NCBI RefSeq assembly: GCF_964355755.1
Contig: NC_092678.1
Coordinates: forward strand, 2,124,422-2,188,421
Length of the DNA: 64,000 nt
DNA from: Antedon mediterranea
Lineage: Eukaryota; Animalia; Echinodermata
Reading direction: 5' to 3'
How positions within the stretch are numbered: position 1 is the stretch's first letter; every line of letters begins with the position of its first letter. The notes beneath the pieces were generated by a model. That model made no database searches. It saw only the letters and a list, made by a program, of their open reading frames with translations, and was not told the origin of the DNA. The position numbers were made by a program, and so were the translations under genes. Shown piece by piece: positions 53,601-62,945 of this stretch.

Positions 53601-55288
53601 TCAATAGTTATAGCTTATGAAATTGTAAACATACTATAAACAAAAAATATGTCTTACAAAAAACGCCGCTTGACATTTTAAAATTAATCATTGTTCTTTT
53701 GATTAATTTATGAATAATCATTTTAAAAAAATGTCCTTGTATCGCAAAGATACATACAATTTTTTTCACTAGTTAATTGTATACACAGCATTTGAAAGAA
53801 GACATGTGTACCTTTCCAACAATGTATTATTTGCCAACAAATATTAATCTACTAATTAAAAAATGGCACGCTTCAACCAATCAAAGGGCAAGAATTCAAA
53901 ATCGTTCAACTGTGAGTCCTCATAGACTCTCTTTTCCCAGACATTTTTTGGGTCCAGCAGCTGGGACTTATAAATAATAGTCGAGTTTGCAAATTCGCAA
54001 AACTGTCAGCCTTAGATAATAAAGCTACCACTATGAAACAGCTTATTAATGAATATGTCCTCATGGAACATAGCTGGCAAGAGCAGCGGCGCGAAAATGA
54101 CATTTGGGGGTGTAGGTCACCGTCAGGAATTTGGTATATACAGAATTGAAATTTTTTCAGTAATTTGCCTTTGGATTTATAGTATATATAGTTTTAAATT
54201 TAGGCCCAATAAACTGGATTAACTACTAGTTGCTGTAGAATGAATTGTGAGGAGCATTGTGAATTGTGATCATTTTTAGTCACATACACTGTACTAATGA
54301 ACTGTTGTTACCCAAAACACAATTTATCCAAGTCAATTATGAGTATCCATTCATAATATATTATTGACCTTTAGGACAGGTCACAATTCATTTGATATTC
54401 ACATTTCCAAGTTGATCCCAACCTAATGAAGTTGAGTGCATGTTGTGAATTGTAATAATTCGCTTCAATAACCCCTGCTCAGATACACTTCTACAAACCA
54501 ATTTGTGAAGGTCACATACAATTGCTAAATTTCTAATTGAATCTCCCTGGCTACTACAGTAATAACTTTGATTAGGTTTTTGTCAAAGTACTGGATGAAA
54601 AATTAGTTGTTTCTCGGAGAATTTCAATGCACTATGCAATAATAATATATTCAAATTAGTTTTTCCTGCACAGCCCAATGTGTCATATAATACATTCTAC
54701 ATAATACTACACATCACCATACAACTGTAGTACATAATCATTTCAAACATGTCATTATCATATCCAGCATAGACCTTCACATTTTGTTGTTTGATGAAAA
54801 AGAAGTCTCTAGCGGGCTGAGGCCTGTTAGATAGAAGGTGAATATTAGACCATAAGGCAATACACTTTCAATGTCTTTAGTGGATAGGATAAACAGAACC
54901 CCTTTAGAGACATCACTATAGCATGGTTCCCATTAGGATGTAACGCAATGATGTAAATCTAACGCAAGTACTTTGACCATTCAGAAGTGATTATTCAACT
55001 TGCCGCTTGTCAACTCGCTTGTGTTACAGTATGTCCGTGGACACTTTCTCATGATACGATTGAGGGACAATCCCGGGGACAATAGTGTTTTTAAACTACA
55101 GCCAAAACCTCTATACACGGGAAACTTATATATCCCCTTAGGTTCTACATAATACACTACAATACCTTAACAGCTCTTTTCTTTTTTTCTAACAACTCAA
55201 CCCAATTTGTGGCTACTTTGTCCACCAACTTATTTCCATCAACATATGATTCTGTTAAATCTCCCTCCACTACTGCTTGTTCATATAT
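8562..55288 (-). CDS. CACNA2D: Voltage-dependent calcium channel subunit alpha-2/delta (CACNA2D1/2-like), 5' exons not found in window
   Basis: Spliced translation gives hallmark motifs: [55 protein letters not shown] (MIDAS), [75 protein letters not shown] and a CSGG + hydrophobic C-terminus. Intron phases are mutually consistent. Confidence 0.95.
9203..9282 (-). CDS. CACNA2D: alpha-2/delta exon [27 protein letters not shown]
   Basis: Conserved PRYRxxPxxCF. Confidence 0.9.
9283..9637 (-). other. U12-type (minor spliceosome) AT-AC intron
   Basis: 5' end ATATCCTTTAC, branch site CCTTAAC at 9293-9299, 3' end GCAC; splicing restores the frame. Confidence 0.93.
9638..9771 (-). CDS. CACNA2D: alpha-2/delta exon [25 protein letters not shown]...QEPQQD
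   Basis: TNxLxxxV motif; ends at the U12 donor ATATCCTTT. Confidence 0.9.
10010..10300. repeat. Degenerate ~18-bp minisatellite (TTTCTGAGAGTTTCTGGT)
   Basis: Direct inspection. Confidence 0.8.
10348..10528 (-). CDS. CACNA2D: alpha-2/delta exon (start of delta) [10 protein letters not shown]...NESCIKLQ...DCIQGGIR
   Basis: AAACAG acceptor gives phase 1-2; SCI motif of the delta peptide. Confidence 0.85.
10595..10690 (+). mobile_element. tRNA-derived SINE head
   Basis: A-box-like TAACTTGGTGG and B-box GGTTCAATCC; homologous to 62791-62945. Confidence 0.65.
10739..10791 (-). CDS. CACNA2D: alpha-2/delta exon [17 protein letters not shown]
   Basis: Phase 2-1; resembles vertebrate SILQQFLLSL. 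Confidence 0.85.
11230..11282 (-). CDS. CACNA2D: alpha-2/delta exon [18 protein letters not shown]
   Basis: Resembles vertebrate PSIADIL...TAAAW. Confidence 0.9.
11456..11534 (-). CDS. CACNA2D: alpha-2/delta exon [26 protein letters not shown]
   Basis: Conserved YDxQxxC. Confidence 0.92.
11646..11803. mobile_element. MITE family A copy
   Basis: GCTCTGTCCACACTATCAA ... TTTGATAGTGTAGACATAG termini. Confidence 0.75.
11855..11925 (-). CDS. CACNA2D: alpha-2/delta exon [24 protein letters not shown]
   Basis: Conserved GRFFG. Confidence 0.92.
12140..12436. repeat. ~32-33-bp GC-rich minisatellite (CCAGGTTTGGGCCAGCCCACAGGTGTCCAACC)
   Basis: About 9 tandem copies. Confidence 0.9.
12487..12555 (-). 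CDS. CACNA2D: alpha-2/delta exon [23 protein letters not shown]
   Basis: Conserved CxxxDDGGFL. Confidence 0.92.
12737..12757 (-). CDS. CACNA2D: alpha-2/delta microexon VESCINS (21 nt)
   Basis: Long poly-T acceptor, G|GTATG donor; supplies a Cys just before CYLIDDGG. Confidence 0.7.
12958..13252. mobile_element. Harbinger-like MITE with TAA target-site duplication
   Basis: TIR AGCCTGGTTTCCATAAAATCGCTACA / TGTAGCGATTTTATGGAAACCAGGTT; TAA on both sides. Confidence 0.85.
13318..13370 (-). CDS. CACNA2D: alpha-2/delta exon [18 protein letters not shown]
   Basis: Phase 1-0; needed for frame continuity. Confidence 0.78.
13481..13561 (-). CDS. CACNA2D: alpha-2/delta exon [26 protein letters not shown]
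   Basis: Phase 1-1, G|GTAAG donor. Confidence 0.85.
13680..13775. repeat. 21-bp minisatellite (ACTATGTTACAATTAAATGTA)
   Basis: About 4.5 copies. Confidence 0.85.
13868..13971 (-). CDS. CACNA2D: alpha-2/delta exon [34 protein letters not shown]
   Basis: Conserved YxRSL...VFxxP. Confidence 0.9.
14054..14122 (-). CDS. CACNA2D: alpha-2/delta exon [23 protein letters not shown]
   Basis: Phase 2-2; resembles the vertebrate GITRVYP segment. Confidence 0.82.
14210..14333. mobile_element. MITE family A, 5'-truncated copy
   Basis: Internal motif and right TIR TTGATAGTGTAGACAGAGCT. Confidence 0.7.
14347..14434 (-). CDS. CACNA2D: alpha-2/delta exon [29 protein letters not shown]
   Basis: Conserved CDxxxVxxLLFD; phase 1-2. 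Confidence 0.88.
14760..14869 (-). CDS. CACNA2D: alpha-2/delta exon [36 protein letters not shown]
   Basis: Phase 2-1. Confidence 0.85.
14945..16395. repeat. 22-bp minisatellite (TTTCTTACTGGTTTTGCCAAAG) with higher-order variants
   Basis: About 1.45 kb tandem array; explains ORFs 15021-16364. Confidence 0.95.
16480..16546 (-). CDS. CACNA2D: alpha-2/delta exon [22 protein letters not shown]
   Basis: TTACAG acceptor, TG|GTAAG donor, phase 1-2. Confidence 0.8.
17638..17658 (-). CDS. CACNA2D: Candidate 21-nt microexon DFSSLA (phase 1-1)
   Basis: CATAG acceptor, A|GTAAGT donor, frame-preserving. Confidence 0.4.
18022..19533. mobile_element. Non-autonomous Helentron-associated element (HINE/DINE-1-like)
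   Basis: 5' hairpin TAACTCGTCA-ctt-TGATGAGTTA, 12-bp sub-TIR TTAGTTATCCGC (18054-18065) / GCGGATAACTAA (19522-19533), 3' stem-loop, purine-rich microsatellite near the end, no TSD. Confidence 0.65.
20117..20158 (-). CDS. CACNA2D: Candidate cassette exon [13 protein letters not shown] (42 nt, phase 1-1)
   Basis: TTATAG acceptor, G|GTAAT donor, open frame, symmetric phase. Confidence 0.55.
20383..21027. repeat. 65-bp minisatellite, about 10 near-identical copies
   Basis: Unit TCAATATGTAGCATGTTACACAATAGAACATGAGGGTTTTGGGTTGAAATCATGGCATAGTCACA. Confidence 0.95.
21069..21346. mobile_element. Degenerate Harbinger-like MITE
   Basis: Imperfect TIRs AGTCAAATTTCCACTAGGCAAATT / AATTCACCCAGTGGAAGGTCAGCT with TWA flanks. 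Confidence 0.5.
21792..21874 (-). CDS. CACNA2D: alpha-2/delta exon [27 protein letters not shown]
   Basis: TTGCAG acceptor, A|GTAAG donor, phase 2-1. Confidence 0.85.
22400..22461 (-). CDS. CACNA2D: alpha-2/delta exon [21 protein letters not shown]
   Basis: Phase 0-2, conserved YxYxxIxxTxFS. Confidence 0.9.
22720..22800 (-). CDS. CACNA2D: alpha-2/delta exon [27 protein letters not shown]
   Basis: Conserved LRxxMID. Confidence 0.9.
22957..23028 (-). CDS. CACNA2D: alpha-2/delta exon [24 protein letters not shown]
   Basis: Conserved VDLLEVE; phase 0-0. Confidence 0.9.
24000..24300. repeat. Imperfect ~120-bp direct repeats, probably inside a larger non-autonomous element (about 23690-24955)
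   Basis: Recurring AGTTCAAACAATTCACACTTTC and TAAACTTTTCCC blocks; hairpins near both putative ends. Confidence 0.5.
29283..29423. mobile_element. MITE family A copy
   Basis: TTAAGCTCAGTCTACACTATCAAAC ... GTTTGATAGTGTAGACAGAGCTTAA. Confidence 0.85.
29633..29707 (-). CDS. CACNA2D: alpha-2/delta exon [25 protein letters not shown]
   Basis: Conserved GYxFxIxxNGYxLxHP. Confidence 0.93.
31441..31491. mobile_element. Internally deleted MITE family A (TIR-only hairpin)
   Basis: GTCTACACTATCAAA ... TTTGATAGTGTAGAC. Confidence 0.65.
34720..35045. repeat. ~23-bp minisatellite (CATGGTACACTTGGACATGTCAA variants)
   Basis: Direct inspection. Confidence 0.85.
35435..35509 (-). CDS. CACNA2D: alpha-2/delta exon [25 protein letters not shown]
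   Basis: LGVxGxD with the pocket Asp retained. Confidence 0.92.
36247..36315 (-). CDS. CACNA2D: alpha-2/delta exon [23 protein letters not shown]
   Basis: Conserved TLPxFN. Confidence 0.92.
36574..36657 (-). CDS. CACNA2D: alpha-2/delta exon [28 protein letters not shown]
   Basis: Carries the YxD part of the second half of the dCache amino-acid motif. Confidence 0.93.
36930..36979 (-). CDS. CACNA2D: alpha-2/delta exon [17 protein letters not shown]
   Basis: Conserved IPSIGA. Confidence 0.92.
37119..37200 (-). CDS. CACNA2D: alpha-2/delta exon [27 protein letters not shown]
   Basis: Conserved RIFxYxVG...MAC. Confidence 0.92.
37506..37634 (-). CDS. CACNA2D: alpha-2/delta exon LMDEATT...[12 protein letters not shown]...DQKR
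   Basis: Conserved CNxxIxxFTDGG. Confidence 0.92.
38113..38214 (-). CDS. CACNA2D: alpha-2/delta exon [34 protein letters not shown]
   Basis: AG/GT boundaries, phase 0-0. Confidence 0.9.
38773..38844 (-). CDS. CACNA2D: alpha-2/delta exon [24 protein letters not shown]
   Basis: Conserved VQANxRNK; phase 0-0. Confidence 0.92.
39156..39255 (-). CDS. CACNA2D: alpha-2/delta VWA exon [13 protein letters not shown]...[11 protein letters not shown]
   Basis: Completes the DMSGS MIDAS motif. Confidence 0.93.
39284..39439. mobile_element. MITE family A copy
   Basis: TIRs and shared internal motif. Confidence 0.8.
39501..39551 (-). CDS. CACNA2D: alpha-2/delta exon [16 protein letters not shown]
   Basis: Phase 2-2; its first G completes the TG|G Trp codon begun by any pocket exon. 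Confidence 0.93.
41715..41841. mobile_element. MITE family A copy, inverted orientation
   Basis: AGCTCTGTATACAATATCAAAC ... GTTTGATAGTGTGGACAGAGCT. Confidence 0.8.
42385..42448 (-). CDS. CACNA2D: Canonical pocket exon v6: [22 protein letters not shown]
   Basis: 64 nt, CCAG|GC...TG|GTGAGT; matches vertebrate ASPW...DLYDVRRRPW. Confidence 0.92.
45593..45653 (-). CDS. CACNA2D: Alternative pocket exon v5: [21 protein letters not shown]
   Basis: 61 nt, ACAG|GT...TG|GTAAAA, phase 1-2, keeps the DLFxxxxRxW pattern. Confidence 0.68.
48058..48121 (-). CDS. CACNA2D: Alternative pocket exon v4: [22 protein letters not shown]
   Basis: 64 nt, ATTAG|GA...TG|GTAACC, phase 1-2. Confidence 0.78.
48799..48862 (-). 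CDS. CACNA2D: Alternative pocket exon v3: [22 protein letters not shown]
   Basis: 64 nt, TTCAG|GA...TG|GTAATG, phase 1-2. Confidence 0.75.
49269..50152. mobile_element. Non-autonomous DNA transposon with 31-bp perfect TIRs and 7-bp TSD (P-element-like)
   Basis: CATGGAGGTATAAAATAGAAGGAGAGAGCTC at 49269-49299 and its reverse complement at 50122-50152; ATTTGGA duplicated at 49262-49268 and 50153-50159. Confidence 0.88.
50380..50443 (-). CDS. CACNA2D: Alternative pocket exon v2: [22 protein letters not shown]
   Basis: 64 nt, TTTTAG|GA...TG|GTAAAG, phase 1-2. Confidence 0.78.
50611..50674 (-). CDS. CACNA2D: Alternative pocket exon v1: [22 protein letters not shown]
   Basis: 64 nt, TTTAG|GA...TG|GTAAAT, phase 1-2, no stop. 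Confidence 0.75.
50718..51230. repeat. ~39-bp GAT/GGT-rich minisatellite
   Basis: GATGATGGTATGATGATGGTTGTTGCGGTGGTGGTATAAA units. Confidence 0.9.
51504..51635 (-). CDS. CACNA2D: alpha-2/delta exon PIILNAIK...[17 protein letters not shown]
   Basis: Conserved WQYxGSxTG motif; phase 1-1; constitutive exon upstream of the variable array. Confidence 0.93.
51939..52068 (-). CDS. CACNA2D: alpha-2/delta exon [11 protein letters not shown]...[12 protein letters not shown]
   Basis: Conserved AVxIPTDIY motif; phase 0-1. Confidence 0.9.
52126..53406. repeat. 20-bp minisatellite (ATACATGTTGAATAGTAGG[A/G]), about 64 copies
   Basis: Highly homogeneous array; explains the 133-420 aa ORFs here. Confidence 0.97.
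53522..53572 (-). CDS. CACNA2D: alpha-2/delta exon [17 protein letters not shown]
   Basis: TTTCAG acceptor, GTAAT donor, phase 0-0. Confidence 0.75.
55166..55288 (-). CDS. CACNA2D: alpha-2/delta exon [41 protein letters not shown]
   Basis: TAG acceptor, AAG|GTATT donor, phase 0-0; resembles the N-terminal helical region. Confidence 0.85.
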
Positions 55289-55669
55289 CTACAAGATAAA
55301 ACCAAGAAAACAATACAATAATGATTAATTATGACAGAATTGTCACACAAAATTGAGTTTATCAAAAGGAATATGGTATATTAATTAACAAGCATCCCTA
55401 GTTGATTAGTTGATATTACTATCCTCATACATATTGTATACATTCAAAGCAAAATATAAGAGCCATAGGTAAACAATGTGGTTTATTAAAGTTTATAAAC
55501 AGTGTTATTATTCAATATTTAATTACTTTCTCCCAGCGTATACACAGAATAAATTATAAAATGGTCGGCATGAATAATATTAATAAGACCTTTACTACAG
55601 TAATTAATTTAGTATATATACTAAATTAATTAAGTACAGAAAAATCAACTAGTGTTTGTTACAGACGGG

Positions 55670-56057
55670 TTGCAGATACATCCGTGGCAGATATACCAGT
55701 GTGGTGGCAGATACATCCGTGGCAGATATACCAGTGGCATGTACAATACTGGCAGATACACACTACTGGCAAATGCAGCAGTGGCAGATGCACACTAGTG
55801 GCAGATACACATCAGTGGCAGCTACAAGTACTATTGGCAGATAAAACAGTGGCAGATAGAGTTACACACCAGCGGCACACACAAGTAGCAGATATACACA
55901 CCAGATATACATATCAGTGGCAGATGTACACAACTGGCAGATACACACAACTGGCAGATACACACAAGTGGCAGATACATACCAGTGGCAGATACACACC
56001 AGTGGCAGATACACACCAGTGGCAGATACACACCAGTGGCAGATACACACCAGTGGT
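55670..56057. repeat. 17-bp minisatellite (GTGGCAGATACACACCA)
   Basis: Direct inspection. Confidence 0.9.
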
Positions 56058-56675
56058 ATTTAAAGCAGGCCTGAGGGCATATAAAACAACGTCGAATAAT
56101 CAACAAACAAATAAGAAAGTAAAAGCAGTGTACTTGAGTTTCTTGCCCTCGTTATGTCAAATAATGTTAGAGAAATAGGACAAATTAAAGCCGTCTAATA
56201 CCACAGTCCATTTGTAGTACAATATTTGTATTATAATAATTGCATTGTAATTCTGTGGAATTTACCATTATGCCCTATGAGACCAACTTATAATTTGCTT
56301 GGTTTTATCTGGATATTTTCCCAATAAAACTAGAATTTATAAAACGGCATAAAATAATTAGAATTTGCACATGATCGAACATGCTATTATGGCAAATGCC
56401 TTTAATGTATGTTATTCTGTGAAAAGCAGAAAAAATAAAATGTGTAAAAGTTTTGATGAAAGTTTTTATACCAAAATTCACTAGGATTTAAAAGCAATAT
56501 GGCATAATGTTAAGGGATATCAGATTAACATACGAGAGGTATGGGATTCAGAGCTCCCTGCCATATTGATTGTATTCTATAGGGGACACTTTCCTAGCCT
56601 CGTCCTTTGAATGGGATATAATGCCATTGGTCCTAGTGTATATATTGCATGTGCATGATAAACAACCTTTGGGGA

Positions 56676-57076
56676 GATTACTGTACTGTAGGTCTCCTGA
56701 TCATGGTCCGGTACAGATTACTGTACTGTAGGTCTCCTGATCATGGTCCGGTACAGATTACTGTACAGGTAGGTCTCCTGATCATGGTCCGGTACAGATT
56801 ACTGTACTGTAGGTCTCCTGATCATGGTCCGGTACAGATTACTGTACTGTAGGTCTCCTGATCATGGTCCGGTACAGATTACTGTACTGTAGGTCTCCTG
56901 ATCATGGTCCGGTACAGATTACTGTACTGTAGGTCTCCTGATCATGGTCCGGTACAGATTACTGTACTGTAGGTCTCCTGATCATGGTCCGGTACAGATT
57001 ACTGTACTGTAGGTCTCCTGATCATGGTCCGGTACAGATTACTGTACTGTAGGTCTCCTGATCATGGTCCGGTACA
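56676..57076. repeat. 40-bp minisatellite, about 10 copies
   Basis: GATTACTGTACTGTAGGTCTCCTGATCATGGTCCGGTACA. Confidence 0.95.
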
Positions 57077-59176
57077 GTCTTGAACTGAAGACACTGTTTT
57101 TAAAAGTAGTCAACAGTATACATCCACTAATGTACTGAAGGCATTAATTGGTGAATGAGATCATTGACAACATTCAATGCTCCCTAGGGTCACATCATGT
57201 CCAACCCTAGCGCCACTTTCTATCATTTTAACATCAATCAAATTTTGTCTTGGGCATATCAATAAATATTACAAACAAATCGGCATATTTGTACGGTCTA
57301 TAAGTACTGTCTATATTTTCTTCTTATCTATTTTGATTTTGCCCTTTTGAATTAGTCAACGTCATTGGCTGACGTAGTCACTGTTACAATATAGCATCAG
57401 ATATTATTGTCTATCATGAAAACTGGTGAAAAATACACCCACTATGTAAACCATCTGAATAAATCACATCAAATTAATGTGAACAATTTAATACGGAACA
57501 AAATATTATGGCATTTTTAAGGATGCAGTAAGAAGAATTTGTTTTTAGAAGTAAAATTGAGATGTGGTAATTAACTCTGTGGGAATCTTTCAAATAAATA
57601 GTAAATTTACCAATGTAAATTCAATAAACGTTGGCTGTGTGTGATTACCAAAAGAAGAGGTTGCTGATGGTACTGTATAGGTTTGAGTAAGATCCCTAAT
57701 TCTTGTCTTTTTTGCCAATAACACTGCTGATACTGTATATGTACTGTATATTTACTGTAGCAGCTGCAGTAGAATCATTTTGATAATTCCTATCTTTTTT
57801 CTACACTCTTAAGCAAACTTTTATATAATATTTTCGTATTAAATATTCTCAAGGTTGATAGGTAGTTGTTGATGTAATATGTAATCTCCTTTTCTCTGCC
57901 ATTTATCTGCCTGAAGTAGATCACAACAGCAAAGTAGATACTATTGCTTGTTACTCTTTGACATTAAGAACTTCTAGAATACGCTGTTTACAGTTTGTCC
58001 CTAGACGCAAATACCTGATCAGATTGCTTATACATTAACACTAGGAAAGTACATATTTAAACAGGTGATTGTATCCTGAATCCAAAAATCTATTTTATAA
58101 GTATACAATATACACAGTAAAGATATACAAATGAACTGTATAAAATATATAACTAAATATTTCCTATTCAAAGCCTCAATAACAAATGATTATGTGCAAA
58201 GAATGGTGGTGACATTTTGTTTTGATAATTTGCAGTTATTCTATTTGATCAATTGGCTAATCTACAGCATCCTCCCTGCATGCAACACTACCAATGAATA
58301 CAACCTTAATATACCAATGTAATGTTATGACATTTTATGTTACCTGTATATTAGCTCAAATTTGTTTCAAATACAAAAACTAGAAATAGTGTTGGTAATC
58401 TATGAGTGCCTCTTAATACCTGGACCAAGTTAGATCTGCAAGGGGAAACTCAAAAAGTGTGGCCAAAAAGTTAGACCACATGTATTCAGTTTTTGTAATT
58501 GTTGTTGTCTAACATCGCAGCAGGTGATAGGCACAAAATAGGTAACAGTCTTCAAACAATTTTCAATAAATAGCAATGTATAGATTTGAAATATTACAGT
58601 ATAATAACAATAATTAATAATAAATACATGTTTAGGGCCAATTTAACAAAATAATGATTACCTCAATAATAAAAAATAAATTTCACAATTAGTAATATGT
58701 ATAGTACTAAAATGTCATGCAATAATGTATAAAATAAATGAAAATGTTCACTCTAATCTAAAGCAATGAAATTGTACACACATGCAGACAGGTAAAAAAC
58801 AGCAATTTCTTAATTTGATATTAATCCAATCTTAATAACATATCAACGTTAAATTAATTAGTACATGGCAGTAACTAATAACAATATGCTTATACCAAAT
58901 TTAAGAAGCTTAAGAATTAATTCCCAATACTGGCCATCTTAATCTTATTACAAACACAAAAGAAACATTGTATGTTTCGAAAATGGTTGTCGGGCAATAA
59001 CAATTACGATCGTCTTCCGCTTGATCCACATGACAATATTGTAAATATCGATTGGTATCCGTCGATATAAATCATTTAGGTGAATGAGTTACTATGGAAA
59101 GGCAACAGACAATACAAACAATAAGACTACTTGAGTTAATTAATATAGAAATGGAAACATGGAATACAAATAAGAT

Positions 59177-59348
59177 ATTGGCTAAAAGTGCAGTGATAGT
59201 GTTACTACTAAACTATTGGCTAAAAGTGCAGTGATAGTGTTACTACTAAACTATTGGCTAAAAGTGCAGTGATAGTGTTACTACTAAACTATTGGCTAAA
59301 AGTGCAGTGATAGTGTTACTACTAAACTATTGGCTAAAAGTGCAGTGA
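59177..59348. repeat. 38-bp minisatellite, about 4.5 copies
   Basis: TATTGGCTAAAAGTGCAGTGATAGTGTTACTACTAAAC. Confidence 0.9.
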
Positions 59349-61101
59349 CACCTCTATTAAGGAGACACCTCTATTAAGGAGACACCTCTATTAAGGAGAC
59401 ACCTCTATTAAGGAGACACCTCTATTAAGGAGACACCTCTATTAAGGAGACATCTCTATTAAGGAGATACCTCTATTAAGGAGACACCTCTATTAGTGAA
59501 ACACCTCTATTAAGGAGACACCTCTATTAAGGAGACACCTCTATTAAGGAGACACCTCTATTAAGGAGACACCTCTATTAAGGAGACACCTCTATTAAGG
59601 AGACACCTCTATTAAGGAGACACCTCTATTAAGGAGACACCTCTATTAAGGAGACACCTCTATTAAGGAGACACCTCTATTAAGGAGACACCTCTATTAA
59701 GGAGACACCTCTATTAAGGTGACACCTCTATTAAGGAGACACCTCTATTAAGGAGACACCTCTATTAAGGAGACACCTCTATTAAGGTGACACCTCTATT
59801 AAGGAGACACCTCTATTAAGGAGACACCTCTATTAAGGAGACACCTCTATTAAGGAGACACCTCTCTTAAGGAGATACCTCTATTAAGGAGACACCTCTA
59901 TTAAGGAGACACCTCTATTAAGGAGACACCTCTATTAAGGAGACACCTCTATTAAGGAGACACCTCTATTAAGGTGACACCTCTATTAAGGAGACACCTC
60001 TATTAAGGAGACACCTCTATTAAGGAAACACCTCTATTAAGGTGACACCTCTATTAAGGAGACACCTCTATTAAGGAGACACCTCTATTAAGGTGACACC
60101 TCTATTAAGGAGACACCTCTCTTAAGGAGATACCTCTATTAAGGAGACACCTCTATTAGTGAAACACCTCTATTAAGGAGACACCTCTATTAAGGAGACA
60201 CCTCTATTAAGGTGACACCTCTATTAAAGAGACACCTCTATTAAGGAGACACCTCTATTAAGGAGACACCTCTATTAAGGAGACACCTCTATTAAGGAGA
60301 CACCTCTATTAAGGAGACATCTCTATTAAGGAGATACCTCTATTAAGGAGACACCTCTATTAGTGAAACACCTCTATTAAGGAGACACCTCTATTAAGGA
60401 GACACCTCTATTAAGGTGACACCTCTATTAAGGAGACACCTCTATTAAGGAGACACCTCTATTAAGGAGACACCTCTATTAAGGAGACACCTCTATTAAG
60501 GAGACACCTCTATTAAGGAGACACCTCTATTAAGGAGACACCTCTATTAAGGAGACACCTCTATTAAGGTGACACCTCTATTAAGGAGACACCTCTATTA
60601 AGGAGACACCTCTATTAAGGTGACACCTCTATTAAGGAGACACCTCTATTAAGGAGACACCTCTATTAAGGAGACACCTCTATTAAGGAGACACCTCTAT
60701 TAAGGTGACACCTCTATTAAGGAGACACCTCTATTAAGGAGACACCTCTATTAAGGAGACACCTCTATTAAGGAGACACCTCTATTAAGGTGACACCTCT
60801 ATTAAGGAGACACCTCTATTAAGGAGACACCTCTATTAAGGAGACACCTCTATTAAGGAGACACCTCTCTTAAGGAGATACCTCTATTAAGGAGACACCT
60901 CTATTAGTGAAACACCTCTATTAAGGAGACACCTCTATTAAGGAGACACCTCTATTAGTGAAACACCTCTATTAGTGAAACACCTCTACTAAGGAGACAC
61001 CTCTATTAGTGAAACACCTCTATTAAGGAGACACCTCTATTAGTGAAACACCTCTATTAGTGAAACACCTCTATTAGTGAAACACCTCTATTAAGGAGAC
61101 A
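59348..61101. repeat. 17-bp minisatellite (GACACCTCTATTAAGGA), about 100 copies
   Basis: Direct inspection; recurrent variant units. Confidence 0.97.
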
Positions 61102-61249
61102 ATTTTCTGTAAACAATCGAGGAGTTCTATTTTCAACAATACAGCCAACCCTATTCAGAGGACATCCCAATAGCGGACACCTCTATTAAGGAAACAATTT
61201 TCTGTAAACAATCAAAGTAAATATATATATAATTAATAACACTACATCC

Positions 61250-61483
61250 AGCCTCTATTCTGAGGAAGCCTCTATTCTGAGGACACCCCTATTATGAGGA
61301 AGCCTCTATTCTGAGGAAGCCTCTATTATGAGGAAGCCTCTATTATGAGGACACTCCTATTCTGAGGACACCCCTATTATGAGGAAGCCTCTATTCTGAG
61401 GAAGCCTCTATTATGAGGACACCCCTATTATGAGGACACCCCTATTATGAGGACACCCCTATTATGAGGACACCCCTATTAAG
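61250..61483. repeat. 17-bp related minisatellite (CCTATTATGAGGACACC)
   Basis: Same motif family as 59348-61101. Confidence 0.85.
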
Positions 61484-62790
61484 AAGAAACTTTTTTAGGT
61501 GCCTAAGGTGTCCCTCATTAGGGTTCTATATATTTTTATATTTTCACACAATGACCAAATTGCAATTAAAAATATAAATTTTAGGTTGAAAATTACTGCA
61601 TTATTCAGAGTGTATACTGTAGTAATTATATATTCCTAATTTGTAATATGCAGCCAGTTGAATACTTATTCAAAATGAATATTTAATATACAATTATATA
61701 TCTTGTTGTTTATCTAATATATCCTTTCGTTGCAATTAATCAATCGATTAATCAATTTGTATAGCGCTATTCAACAATCTTTACTCATACGGTATATTGA
61801 CATTGCTGACAAAAGATCAGAACAAGCCCCTACTTTCACCTCCTTTATTGTATTTTTTGTGTAAAACTTGTACTAATATTATTAGGAACATTTTAATTTT
61901 TAAATGTAATCTGGGGTCTCTTCTATACAAGCCTTCCTAATTTCCTGAGACTCAATTTCATTATTAAATTTAAACATTGTAGTAAATTATTTTCACATAA
62001 TGATTTGATGATTAAACGTATTCATTACAGGACTTCATTTATGAATATACTGTATTCTTGCAATGTCATCAAGGATAATGATATGAATAATGTATTGAAA
62101 ACAGAATTATATTATTCAATCATACTTTTATTTAAATCATTCAATATATGAATATAATAATTTTCCTATTTGCGAAACATAATGGATTTGGTAATTTACA
62201 ATAATAACCTCTGCTTTTACAGAAAACTGAAGATATTGTATTTATGCGACCAATGCAAAGTAATTATAAATCATAGAGTCTTGCTATTGCAGAAAGCATG
62301 ATTCATAATATGTAAATCTTTATATCATTAAATCTATCTAATAAGAAGTGTCTAACATCAACGAAATACAAGCATGAATAGAGTTATTTTGCCAAATGAC
62401 ATTCTCGCTTTTTTAATCACAGAAATTATAGTCTAATCTAACAGACTCATTATAACAGTGAAGTAGTTTGATTGCTTTGATATTATTCAGAAAAAATAAT
62501 CAATTACTTGTAGCTTGAACACCAGTGTTAAGTTGCTTTAGGTGTGTTAGGGATAATTCCTAAAACTATTTTAAAGACGAAGTGATGATTGTGAAATTAA
62601 ACACTGATTACAACAATCCTTAACAATCACAGAAATTAATGACTGAAAATTATGAAAATAAAAATATGCAAAAATACAAGACTTGACAAAAACATGGTCA
62701 TTAAATTTGAAGAGATACAAAATTTATTTGGTAATTGTACCTTTTCATACCAAGTTACTATAAGGCTCAATACAAATTGTTCATTAAATA

Positions 62791-62945
62791 TAGTGGAGCT
62801 GTAGCTTAGTGGCTTACATGGTTGCCTTTCAATCTTAAAGTCAAAGGTTCGATCCTGAACTAGTGCCAGGGTTATAAACTCATGAACTCTCGCTACTTAA
62901 CTCACACTCCCTATAGCCTCAAATGAGACGAAGGGTTTATGAATC
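62791..62945 (+). mobile_element. tRNA-derived SINE
   Basis: A-box TAGCTTAGTGG, B-box GGTTCGATCC; homologous to 10595-10690. Confidence 0.7.

Noticed and set aside
62508-62559. Candidate upstream alpha-2/delta exon (ELSLTHLKQLNTGVQAT)
   Set aside because: It ends in phase 1, whereas the exon at 55288 needs phase 0; similarity is weak.
62791-62870. tRNA gene
   Set aside because: A and B boxes are present, but there is no intact cloverleaf and a diverged copy occurs at 10595, so it is a SINE.
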